Shown in pieces: positions 1-10,611 of a stretch of 20,000 nt of DNA. Source of the stretch: Chiloscyllium plagiosum (lineage: Eukaryota). Below the pieces are notes generated by a model. The model searched no databases and was not told the origin of the DNA. It saw only the letters and a list, made by a program, of their open reading frames with translations. The DNA is taken from positions 1,404,938-1,424,937 of the forward strand of contig NC_057757.1 of the NCBI RefSeq assembly GCF_004010195.1. Reading direction: 5' to 3'. Within the stretch, counting starts at the first letter, position 1. Each line of letters starts with the position of its first letter. The position numbers and the translations under genes were made by a program.

Positions 1-332
1 CAGTATTACTGTTGGTGTCCAAACCAGCTGCCCCGGAGGGGGGTGGGAGGGGTCAGCTGGGGTTAGGGACGCGGACGGGGGTTGGACGGTGGCTTAGGGG
101 GAATAGTGGTGCGGGATTGGGGGGCAGGCAGGGGCAGACGGAGTTGGGGGGGGGCAGGGGTGGGGTTGGGGGGGCGGGGGCTTGTGTGCTGTGTGCTGCT
201 GCCTAGTCTCCTGAACGGGGAACAGACTTCACAGAAAACTCCGAGCCCAAGAGGGAATCAATTAACCGAATAATCAATTATCCGAATGAAATAGTGCCCG
301 CTCATCTCGTTCGGATAATTGAGGTTTCTCTG
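1..332. mobile_element. Right end of a pogo/Tigger-like (Tc1/mariner superfamily) non-autonomous DNA transposon
   Basis: Ends ...ttcggataattgaggtttctctg|ta (reverse complement TA|CAGAGAAACCTCAATTATCCGAA), a Tigger-type TIR followed by a TA target. Subterminal inverted copy caattatccgaa (275-286) vs ttcggataattg (310-321). The left end lies outside the window. Confidence 0.6.
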
Positions 333-334
333 TA

Positions 335-468
335 TTGAATAGGAAGGGTTTAGAAGGAATATGGACCAAGTGCTGGTAAATGGAACTAGAATAATTTAGG
401 ACAGCTGTTCGGCATGGACCAAAGGGTCTGTTTCTGTGCTGTGTACGTCTGTGACTCTATGACTATGA
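335..468 (+). mobile_element. CR1 LINE 3' UTR fragment
   Basis: gaataggaagggtttagaagg...gctggtaaatggaactag...ccaaagggtctgtttctgtgctgt followed by a short tandem tail gactctatgactatga; recalled as typical of elasmobranch CR1 3' ends. Confidence 0.7.
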
Positions 469-881
469 GATTTGGAGATGGAAAAGGTCCCTGCTTGAGA
501 ATCATAAAGAGAAGAGGAAGCAATACAGATCCAGTATGGGCATTTGGAGAAAATGATCCAACCGAGCATTTAATTGGAACTAGGTTAACACCTCATTTGG
601 AAGGCAGACCTATCACAATACTGCATACTAGTATCGACTGTATTGGACGAGAGTTGGTGTCCATTAGTTGTCAAACTTTTCTTAATCTTTTATTGGCTGT
701 GAGTCACATTGGTAAGGCCACATGTTATTCTCAATCCCTAGCTGCCTTTGCGATGGTTGTGGAGAGCTATTTGAATTGCCCGAAATGTTGATTTTCCTGC
801 TCCTTGGATAAAGAACTGGTTGAGCAACTGGAGACAGAGAGTAGTAGTTGAAGGGAGTTTCTTGAAATGGAGAAAGGCAAT

Positions 882-1140
882 TCAATCATAGGACAAGCTA
901 GAGAATTCCTAGAAACATGGAACTCATCCGTGGACTCTATCAACAAGCACATAGATCCAATATACTGGCACTACAACCAGAACCAGCAACCAGAAGCAGC
1001 AGAAATGAAACCAAATAAATTCCAAAAGGCACAGTACAGCAGCACTTCACAGGAGGGTTGAGGATGTCACCTGGACATGGGACGAAACCTCTGCAAATTA
1101 ACTTCCCAGCTCAACGAATATACCCACAATGACGACAACT
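882..1140 (+). mobile_element. Decayed Penelope-like element 3' end (GIY-YIG C-terminus plus degenerate hammerhead motif)
   Basis: ORF 867-1061 contains IIGQAREFLETWNSSVDSINKHIDPIY, resembling Penelope endonuclease C-termini. It is followed by (t)TGAGGA-tgtcacc...gggac-GAAAC (1058-1088), a hammerhead-like core with C3 mutated. Confidence 0.65.
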
Positions 1141-1278
1141 AATGTGATATTTAAGAGGAATATCGACAACAGCACAGTATCCACATTAACCAGCAGTCCA
1201 GGGTTTCAATCACATCTGCAGAGACTTCAACATCAGGACATAAATGGGAGACATTGTGGCCTATTGGCTCAATTTTTA

Positions 1279-1589
1279 ATTAGATTTAGATTTGATTCCC
1301 TGCAGTGTGGAAACAAGCCCTTCAGCCCAACAAGTCCACACTAACTCTCTGAAGAGCAATTCACCCAGACCCATTTCCCTCTGACTAATGTACCTAACAC
1401 TATGGGCAATTTAGCATGGCCAATTCACCTAACCTGCACAATCTTTGGACTGTGGGAGAAAACCAGAGCATCCGGAGGAGACCCACGCTGACACGGGGAG
1501 AATGTGCAAACAGACAGTTGCCTGAGGCTGGAATTGAACCTGGGACTCTGGTGCTATTAGGCAGCAGTGCGAACTACTGAGCCACCGTG
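1279..1589 (-). mobile_element. HE1-type tRNA-derived V-SINE
   Basis: Minus strand has an A box (TGGCTCAGTAG) and B box (GGTTCAATTCC), a V-domain-like core (cgtgggtctcctccggatgctctggttttctcccacagtccaaagat) and a CR1-like 3' tail ending in short (atcta) repeats. Confidence 0.85.
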
Positions 1590-2481
1590 TTGACGGGGGA
1601 AGGAAAGAAATTGAAAATTTTGTTCTTGGAGGGCAGTTCTGGATCTGGCATCCGTGGGAAAACTTGTAGATTCCATTAGTACTGCAGGGAGAGTGGAATA
1701 GAAAATGTGCTTTCACACCTTTATGACTCTAGTTACCTTTAATGGGCTTGCCAAAGTGCCTAACCCAGAGTGACAGTTAGCATTTCGTTTCCAGAGAAAG
1801 TGCACCGGACATGAGCGTTTTAATGTGAAGTAGTTCGGATTGCTCCAGAACGTAACAGCATAAGTGACAGCAGGAGGATGAGGCCATTCAGCCCATCTAG
1901 CCTGGTCTATCAAAAATGAAATTGTGTCTTAACTTTCTTCAGCTCTACCTCCCTGGACTATTAATACACACTTGATGTTAATAATATATAGAAATATTTT
2001 GATTATAGACTTGAACATACTCAGTGACTGATCCTTCTACACTCAGATGCATGGTGTGCACAAAAGATGAATCATTTTCTGAGTAAAAACATTTCTCCTC
2101 GAATTTCTCTTGAATTTGTATAGAATGATCCATTGTCCTTGACCCCCCTCCAGTAGAATTATCTTTCCAGTGTTGATCGAATGGAAAGTATGTATGTCAG
2201 AATGTACAAATTGGGCTTTTCTGAAAGATGACATGTGGCACTGTAGTCCTCCCTCAGCCAATATGATGCAGCCTGGATTTATGCAAGCTCAGTCTGGATT
2301 TGGGGTTTCTGTCTGGAGGAGTGTAAGAGATGCACAATTCCCTTTCCATTTGTAACAAATGGAAATTGACATCAAACCATAGCACTGAACGGAATGTGAT
2401 TCTGATGTGGAAAGAGAATGAAATGGATGAAGGAAATGTATTCAGTATAAAATCTGACACCATGAAAATTATCTTAAACAG

Positions 2482-2595
2482 AAACAAAGACAACAACTGA
2501 GGACTCGACAATGGAGTCTACTTCAGTGGACACAACAGTGGTAACCATCAGTTCAAATCCTACCCTGACATCCACTGATGTTTCAACATCAGGAG
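2482..2595 (+). pseudogene. Mucin-like exon copy 1 (114 nt) with mutated splice donor; probable pseudo-exon
   Basis: Acceptor atcttaaacag is intact and the frame is open (ETKTTTEDSTMESTSVDTTVVTISSNPTLTSTDVSTSG), but the donor reads GGAG|gaaagt instead of GGAG|gtaagt. Confidence 0.65.
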
Positions 2596-3810
2596 GAAAG
2601 TGGCAGACATTGTGACCTATCATGAGAACATATCCAACTTTAATTATTCTGTACAACTGTGCACGATCACTTCACCTGTAATTTGTCTTGCCCTATTTTA
2701 ATAGAGCATAACTGATTTATTGGAAACAATTAAACTTGCAGAGGGCAGGGGTTTCTGAGGTATTGCCAATGTTTAACAGAGTGAGCAATGGGAGCTAATT
2801 TATGAATATTATGATTACTTAGAAAACAAGGAAGTAATAGCTAGAATGGATACTTTCTCTTCTTGATGATGTTTAGGGGGTGGAGGTTAGCCCAGGACAC
2901 TATCAATGGTTCAACTGCTTTTGGACAAATAACACAGTTAAATCCAATTCTCCCACAAGTGACTATGGAAGCATTGACAAAGTAATGTCACTTTGGAGAG
3001 TTTATATTTCAGCACTCCCTCTGCATTGCTGACCCCCAGCCTGGATCTGCTGGAAGTAACTCTGGGGTCGACTTAATGACCTTTCGACTGAGTATTTTGC
3101 AAGTGCCTGTCCTGAAAAGAGTGACAGTTACCATTTTATTCCCAGAGAAGGTGCACCGGACGTGTGCGTTTTAGTGTAAAGCAGTCAGGATTGCTCCAGA
3201 ACATCAGAGCATACGTGACAGGAGGAGGACAAGGCCATTCAACCTGTCTAGCCTGTTCTATCAAAAATAAAATTGTGTCTTTCCTTTCTTCAATGCTAGG
3301 TCCCTGGACTATTGCTGCAGCACTTGATGTTATTAATATATAGAAATATTTTGATCACAATCTTGAACACACTCAGTGACTGAGCCTTCTGCACTTAATT
3401 GCATTCATCATCTTCTGACTAAAACATTTCTCCTAGTCTTTGTCCTGAATTTGTCGAGAATGTTCCCTTCTCCTTGACCCCACTCCAGTGGAATTATCTT
3501 TCCAATGTTTACCTATTTGAAAGTATGAATGTTAGAATGTACAAATTGGACTTTTCTGAAAGATGAACTGTAGTCCTCCATCAGCCAACCTATGGTGCAG
3601 CCTGGATTTGTACAAACTCAGTCTGGGTCTTGGGTTTCAGCCTGGAGGAGTGTAAGAGTTGCACAATTCCCTTTCCATTTGTGACAGATGGAAATTGACA
3701 TCAACCCATAGCATTGAATGGAATATGATTCTGATGTGGAAACAGGATGAAATGAATGAAGAAAATGCATTCAATATAAAACCTGACCCCATGAAAATTA
3801 TCTTAAACAG

Positions 3811-3924
3811 ACACTAAGACAACAACTGGGGACTCGACAATGGAGTCTACATCAGTGGACACAACAGTGACAACCATCGGCTCAAATCCTACCCTGACAC
3901 CCACTGATCCGTCAACATCAGGAG
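3811..3924 (+). CDS. Mucin-like Ser/Thr-rich exon copy 2 (114 nt, phase 1-1)
   Basis: tcttaaacag|...GGAG|gtaaat; DTKTTTGDSTMESTSVDTTVTTIGSNPTLTPTDPSTSG (first residue assumes an upstream exon ending in G). Confidence 0.8.
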
Positions 3925-4098
3925 GTAAATGGCAGACATCATGACCTATAGTTAGAACATATCCAACTGTAATTATTCTCTGAGAGATTGTATACGATGA
4001 CGTCACCTGCAATTTGTCTTACCCTAATTTGAATTCAGAGCATTACTAATTTATTGTAAACAATAAAACTTCCAGTGTGTGGAGTTTCTGAGGTATCG

Positions 4099-4263
4099 AC
4101 GTTTCGGGCATAAGCCCTTCTTCAGGAATCAGGGTCCTGAAGAAGGGCTTATGCCCGAAACGTCGATTCTCCTGTTCCTTTGATGCTGCCTGACCTGCTG
4201 CACTTTTCTAGCAACACATTTTTAAGCTCTGATTTCCAGCATCTGCAGTCCTCACTTTCTCCT
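4099..4263 (+). mobile_element. Short Penelope-like insertion with inverted 5' end and hammerhead motif, 16-bp TSD
   Basis: Absent from other units. Flanked by agtttctgaggtatcg at 4083-4098 and 4264-4279. Perfect 33-bp inverted repeat 4095-4127/4135-4167. Confidence 0.85.
4131..4170 (+). ncRNA. Minimal type I hammerhead ribozyme motif (Penelope type)
   Basis: agggtc-CTGAAGA-a-gggc-ttat-gccc-GAAACGTC-gattct: conserved core, 4-bp stem II, palindromic ACGT stem III, GUC cleavage triplet, and a 6-bp stem I with two G-U pairs. Confidence 0.6.
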
Positions 4264-4808
4264 AGTTTCTGAGGTATCGTCGATGTTTAACAAAGCGAGC
4301 GATAGGAGCCAATTTATGAACATCAAGATTACTTCAAAAACAAAGAACAAAGAGATAGAATGGATACACTTTCTTCTTGATGACATTTAGGGAATGAAGA
4401 TTAGCCCAGGACAATATCAACAGTTCAACTGCTTTTGAACCAATAACACAGTTAGATCCAATCCTCCCACAAGAGACTATGGAAGCAATCACAAAGTAAT
4501 GTCACTTTGGAGAGCCAATATTGCAGCACTCCCTCTGCATTGCTGATCTCCAGCCTGGATCTGCTGACTGTAACTCTTGGGTTGAGTTAATGAGCTTCTG
4601 ACTGAGTTTTATGCGCTCACCTCACAGCACAGAGAGACTCCCAATGTAATAAGCTTGCCAATGAGCCTGTCCTGAACAGTGAGACAGATACCATTTATTT
4701 CCAGGGCAAGTGCACCGGACATGAGTGTTGCAATGTACATCAGTCAGGATTGCTACAGAACATAAGAGCATAAGTGACAGCAGGAGGATGAGGCTATTCA
4801 GCTTATCT

Positions 4809-5973
4809 ATGAAGTGGTTGTAGATGAAAAGTATTCTGCCTGGAGGTCAGTGGTGAGTGATGTCCTGGAGGGCTCTGCTCTTGGGCCTCTGCTCTTTGTA
4901 GTTTTTAGAAATGACTTTATGAGGAAGTTGAGGGGTGGGTTTATAAATTTGCTGATGACACAAAGGTTGGAGGCGCCGTTGATAGTATCGAAATCTGCTG
5001 CAGGCTGCAGCGCAACATAGACAGGATGCAGAGGTGGGCTGAGAAATGACAAATGGAGTTCAACCTGGATAAATGCAAAGTGATGCATTTTGGAAGGTCG
5101 AACTTGAATGCAGAATATACGATTAAAGACAGGATTCTTGGCAGTGTGGAGGAACAGCGGAATCTTGGTGTTCAAGTGCATAGATCCCTCAAACTTGCCA
5201 CCCAAGTGGATATGGTTGTCAAGAAAGCATGTGATGTTTTGGCTTTCAGTAACAGGGGGATTGAGTTTAAGAACTGCGAGGTTTTGCTGCAGCTCTGCAA
5301 AACCCTAGTGAGATCGCACTTGAAATATTGTGTCCAGTTCTAATCGCCCTATTATACGAAAGATGTGGAGACTTTGGAGAGGGCGCAAAGAAGGTTTACC
5401 AGGATGCTGCCTGGACTGGAGTTGAAGTCACCTAATACAACAACCCTGCTATATCTGCATTTTTCCAAAATCTGCCCGCCTATGATTAATTATCCTCCCT
5501 ACTGCTATTAGTGGATCTGTTGAAGAGAGGTTGACTAAGCTCAGACTTTTGTCTCTGAAGAGAAGGAGGAAGAAAGATGACCTGATCAAGGTGTACAAGG
5601 TAATGAGAGGCATGGACAATAGCACTAAACAGAGTGTGATTCTGGTGTGGAAACAGGTTGAAATGAATGAAGCCAGAGACTTTTCTCCAGGTCAGGATTC
5701 ACTGCCACGAGGGGTCATAGTTTTAAGGTGTTGGGAGGGAGGTCGAGAGGAGACGTCAGAGGTAGTTTCTTTATGCAGAGAGTTGTGAATGCATGGAATG
5801 TGTTGTCAGTGTTGGTGGTGGAAGTAGAGTCATTAGGGACATTGAAGCGATTGCTGAACATGAACATGGGTGCGTTGGTTAGGTTATTTCATTTTAAATT
5901 AGGATTAATCCTCGGCACAACATCATGGGCCAAAGGACCTGTTCTGTGCTGTACTTTTCTATGTTCTATGTTC
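4809..5973 (+). mobile_element. 5'-truncated, decayed CR1 LINE (reverse transcriptase C-terminal half and 3' UTR)
   Basis: SAWRSVVSDVLEGSALGPLLF (PQGSVLGP motif), MEFNLDKCKVMHFG...LVRSHLKYCVQF, RGSFFMQRVVNAWN; stops and frameshifts; ends in a (ttctatg)n tail. About 230 bp of the host unit is missing at the site and no TSD is seen. Confidence 0.92.
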
Positions 5974-6332
5974 CATATTCTCATGTTCCGTTGTCCTTAA
6001 CCCCACTCCAGTGGAATTATCTTTCCAATGTTGATCCAGTGGAAGTCAGAATATGCAAATTGGGCTTTTTTGAAAGATGACATGTGGCACTGCAGTCCTC
6101 CCTCAGCCAACCTACAGTGCAGCCTGGATTTGTGCAAGCTCAGTCTGGGTCTGGGGTTTCAGTCTGGAGGAGTGTAAGAGATGCAGAATTCCACTTCTGT
6201 TTGTAACAAATGGAAATTGACATCAAACCATAGCACTAAACAGAGTGTGATTCTGGTGTGGAAACAGGTTGAAATGAATGAAGAAAATATATTCAGTATA
6301 AAATCTGACACCATGTAAATTATCTTAAACAG

Positions 6333-6446
6333 AAACAAAGGCAACAACTGAGGACTTGACAATGGAGTCTACATCAGTAGACACTACAGTGGCAAACATC
6401 AGCTCAAATCCTACCCTGACATCTATAGATCCATCAACATCAGGAG
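6333..6446 (+). CDS. Mucin-like exon copy 3 (114 nt)
   Basis: tcttaaacag|...GGAG|gtaaat; ETKATTEDLTMESTSVDTTVANISSNPTLTSIDPSTSG. Confidence 0.8.
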
Positions 6447-7731
6447 GTAAATAGCAGATATTGTGACCTATAGTTAGAACATATCCAGCTGGAATCATTC
6501 TTTGAGATATAGGTACACGATCACTTCACGTGCAATTTACTTTGCCCTACTTTGATTCGAGAGTATAACTGATTTATTGTAAACAGTTAAACTCCTAGAG
6601 GGAGGAGTTTCTTTGATATGGCCAATGTTTAATAGAGTGAGCAATGGGAGCTAATTAATGAACATCAAGATTACATGGAAAAAAAGGAGGAAAAGAGCTA
6701 GAATGGATACTCTCTCTTCTTGATGATGTTTAGGGGATGAAGATTAGCCCAGAACAATATCAGTGGACTACCTGCTTTTGGACGAATAACACAGTTAGAT
6801 CCAATTGTCCCACAAGATACTATGGAAGCAATCACAAAGTAATGTCACTTTGGAGAGTTGATATTGCAGCACTCTCTTTCCATTGCTGATCTCCAGCCTG
6901 GATCTGCTGGCAGTAACTCTGGAGTTGAGTTAATGAGCTTCTGACTGAGTTTTATGCACTCACCCCACAGCACAGAGAGAGTCCCAATGTAATAAGCTGC
7001 CAATGTGTCTGTCCTGAACAGTGAGACAGATACCATTTTACTTCTAGAGAAAGTGCACGGGACATGTGCGTTTTAGTGTAAAGCAGTAAAGATTGCTACA
7101 CAACGTCAGAGCATAGTGACAGCAGGAGGATGAGGCCATTCAGCTCATCTAGCCTGGTCCATCAAACATAGAATTGTGTCTTACCGTTCTTCAACGCTGG
7201 TTCCCTGGACTATTGCTGCAGCACTTTATGTTATTAATATATAGAAATATTCTGATCACAGTCTTGAACACACTCAGTGACTGAGCCTTCTGCACTCAGT
7301 TGCATTGTGTGCACTAAAGATTAATATGACTAAAAACATTTCTCCTTGTCTTTGTGCTGAGTTTGTATAGAATTATCCCTTGTCCTAGACCACACTCCAG
7401 TGGAATTATCTTTCCAATGTTGATTAATTGGAAAGTATGTATGTCAGAATGTGCAAATTGGGCTTTTCAGAATGATGACATGTGGCACTGTGGTCCTCCT
7501 CAGCCAACCTAATATGCAGCCTGGATTTGTGCAAGCTCAGTCTGGGTCTGGGGTTTTAGTCTGGAGGAGTGTAGGAGATGCAGAATGCCCTATCAATTTG
7601 TAACAAATGGAAATTGACATCAAACCATAGCACTGAACAGAACTTGATTCTGATATGGAAACAGGATGAAATGAATGAAGAAAATGTATATTCAGTATAA
7701 AACCTGACCCCATGAAAATTATCTTAAACAG

Positions 7732-7845
7732 AAACAAAGACAACAACTGAGGAATTGACAATGGAGTCTACTTCAATGGACACATCAGTGGTAACCATCA
7801 GCTCAAATCCTACCCTGACATCCACTGATATGTCAACACCAGGAG
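7732..7845 (+). CDS. Mucin-like exon copy 4 (114 nt)
   Basis: tcttaaacag|...GGAG|gtagat; ETKTTTEELTMESTSMDTSVVTISSNPTLTSTDMSTPG. Confidence 0.75.
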
Positions 7846-8495
7846 GTAGATGGCAGACATTGTGACCTATAGTTAGAGCATATCCAACTGTAATTATTCT
7901 CTGAGAGATTGGTACACGACCACTTCACCTGCAATTTGTCTTGCCCTAATTTTAATAGAGCATAACTGATTTATTGGAAACAATTAAACTTCCAGTGGGA
8001 GGAGTTTCTGAAGTATAGCCAATTTTAATAGAGCGAGTGATGGGACCCAATTTATGAACATCAAGATAACTTAGAAAACAAGGAGGAAAGAGCTAGACTG
8101 GATACTCTCTCTTCTTGATGATGTTTCAGGGATAAAGATTAGCACAGGATAGTATCAACAGTTCAACTGCTTTTGGACCAATAACACAGTTAGATCCAAT
8201 CCTCACACAAGAGACCATGGAAGCAATCACAAAGTAATGTCATTTTTGGAGAGTCGATATTCTAGGACTCCCTTTCCATTGCTGACCTCCAGCCTAGATC
8301 TGCTGGCAGTAACTCTGGGGTTGATATGCTGCTGTTCTGACTGAGTATTATTTGCTCACCACAGAGTACAGAGAGATCCCCAATGTAATAAGCTGCCAAT
8401 ATACCTGTCCAGAACAGAGTGACAGTTATCATTTCATTTCTAAAGTAAGTACACTGAACATGTGTGTTTTGGCGTAAAGCAGTCAGGATTGCTAC

Positions 8496-8812
8496 AGAAC
8501 GTAGGAGCATAAGTGACAGCAGGAGGATGAGGCCATTCAGCAAGCAAAACTAAAATTGTGTCTTAAATTTCTTCATCGCTATTTCCCAGGAGTATTGATG
8601 CAGCACGTGATCTTATTAATATGTAGAAATATTTTGATCACATTCTTGAACGCACTGTGACTGAGCCTTCTGCACTCAACTGCATTGTGTGCACAAAAGA
8701 TTCATCACCTTCTGACTAAAAACATTTCTCCTTGTCTTTGTCCTGAATTTGTTGAGAATGCTTCCTTGTCCTTGACCCCACTCCAGTGGAATTATCTTTC
8801 CAATGTTGATCC
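8496..8812 (-). mobile_element. Ancient CR1 3'-end relic built into the repeat unit (representative copy)
   Basis: Minus-strand translation KFRTKTRRNVFSQKVMNL resembles the CR1 ORF2 end (FRTEMRRNFFTQRVVNLWN). agaacgtaggagcataag...gaggccattcagc resembles the reverse-complemented CR1 tail. Present in most units. Confidence 0.65.
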
Positions 8813-9116
8813 AGGGGAAAGTTTGAATGTTAGAATGTACAAATTGGGCTTTTCTGAAAGATGACATGTGGCACTGTGGTCCTCCCTTAGCCAACCTACT
8901 GTGTAGCCTAGATTTGTGCAAGCTCACTCTGGGTCTGGGTTTTCTGTCTGGAGGAGTGTAAAAGATGCATAATTCCCTTTCCATTTGTAACAAATGGAAA
9001 TTGACATCAAACCATAGAACTGAACAGAATGTGATTCTGATGTGGAAACAGGATGAAATGGATGAAAAAAATGTATTCAGTATAAAATCTGACACCATGA
9101 AAATTATCTTAAACAG

Positions 9117-9224
9117 AAACAAAGATAATAACTGAGACAATGGAGTCTACATCAGCAGACACAACAGTGACCACCATCGGCTCAAATCCTACCCTGACAT
9201 CCACTGATCTGTCAACATCAGGAA
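9117..9224 (+). CDS. Mucin-like exon copy 5 (108 nt, in-frame 6-nt deletion)
   Basis: tcttaaacag|...GGAA|gtaaat (weaker donor, A at -1); ETKIITETMESTSADTTVTTIGSNPTLTSTDLSTSG. Confidence 0.7.
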
Positions 9225-10497
9225 GTAAATGGCAGCCATTATGACCTATCGTTAGAAAAAGTTTTCTCTGCGAGATTGGTACACGATCACTTCACCTGCA
9301 ATTTGTCTCGCCCTGATTTTAATAGAGAGCAAAACTTCTTATATAAACAATTAAACTTCCAGAGGGAGGAGTTTCTGAGGTATCGCCAATGTTTAACAGA
9401 GCAAGCGATGGGAGCCAATTTATGAACATGATGATTACTCAGAAAACAAGGAGGGGAGAAATAGACTGGATACACTTTCTTATTGATGATGTTTAGGGGA
9501 TCAAAATCAACCCAGGACACTATCAATTCTCCAACTGCTTTTGGAGCAATAACACAGTTAGATCCAATCCTCCCACAAGAGACTTTGAAGCAATCACAAA
9601 ATAATGTCACTTTGGAGAGTCAATATTGCAGCACTCCCTCTGCATTGCTGACCTTCAGCCTGGATCCTGGCAGTAACTCTGAAGTCGATTTGATGAGCTT
9701 CTGACTGAGTATTATGTACTCACCGTGGAGCACAGAGAGAGTCCCAATGTGATCAGCTTGCCAAGAAGCCTGTCCTGAAAGAGTTACAGTTACCATTTCC
9801 TTTCCAGAAAAAGTGCACTGGATACGTGCGTTTTAGTGTAAAGCAGTCAGGATTGCGGCATGACCGTAAAAGCATAAGTAACAGCAGGAAGATGAGACCA
9901 TTTAGCCCATCTAGTCTTTTCCATCAGCATTTAAATTGTTTCTTACATTTTTCAATGCTTGTTTCCTGGACTCTTGCTGCAAAACATGATGTTATTAACC
10001 TATAGAAAGTTTTAATCATGCTCTTGAACACACTCAGTGACTGAGCCTTCTGCACTTAGTTGCATTGTGTGCACTAAAGACTCATCAATTTCTGACTAAA
10101 AATCATTTCTCCTCATCTTTGTCCTGAATTTGTCGAGAAAGTTCCATTCTCCTTGACCCCACCCCAGTGAAATTATCTTTCCAGTGTTGATCGAGTGGAA
10201 AGTATGAATGTTAGAATGTGGAAATTGGGCTTTTCTGAAAGATGACATGTGGCACTGTAGTCCTCCCTCAGCCATTTTACTGTGCAGCTTGGATTTGTGC
10301 AAGCTCCGTCTGGGTCTGGGGTTTCACTCTGAAGGAGTGTAAAAGATGCACAATTCCCTTTCCATTTGTAACAAATGGAAATTGACATTAAACCATAACA
10401 TAGAACGGAATGTGATTCTGATGTGGAAACAGGATGAAATGGATGAAGAAAATGTATTCAGTATAAAATCTGACATCATGAAAATTATCTTAAACAG

Positions 10498-10611
10498 AAA
10501 CAAAAACAACAACTGTGGACATGACAATGGAATCAACATCAGTGGACACAACAGTGACAAACATTGTCTCAAATCCTACCCTGACATCCACTGATCCGTC
10601 AACATCAGGAG
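10498..10611 (+). CDS. Mucin-like exon copy 6 (114 nt)
   Basis: tcttaaacag|...GGAG|gtaaat; ETKTTTVDMTMESTSVDTTVTNIVSNPTLTSTDPSTSG. Confidence 0.8.

Noticed and set aside
34..180. G-run-rich tract with G-quadruplex potential and Gly-rich ORFs 12-206 and 82-273
   Set aside because: Low-complexity sequence apparently inside a transposon; the ORFs are compositional artefacts.
690..785. Possible old LINE-derived fragment (cacattggtaaggccacatgttattctcaatccctagctgcc)
   Set aside because: The resemblance to shark repeats is too weak to call without a library search.
1797..1803. AAAGTGC (miR-430/302-type seed) in a tandem array
   Set aside because: Not conserved across units (aaggtgc, caagtgc, caagtat) and no convincing precursor hairpin is visible.
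2254..2511. Recurrent minus-strand hydrophobic ORFs (QLLSLFLFKIIFMVSDFILN...) that look like signal peptides
   Set aside because: Start, length and frame differ between units, with frequent stops; recurrence is explained by the tandem repeat.
2474..2656. Recurrent minus-strand Val-rich ORFs (MYRIIKVGYVLMIGHNV...; also 3803-4012, 13849-14253, 17101-17283)
   Set aside because: Antisense shadow of the Thr/Ser-rich exon. The splice signals and synonymous-change pattern fit the + strand frame.
2863..2960. TGATGA box C-like motif suggesting a tandem snoRNA cluster
   Set aside because: No conserved box D with terminal stem at a suitable distance, and the motif is mutated in several units.
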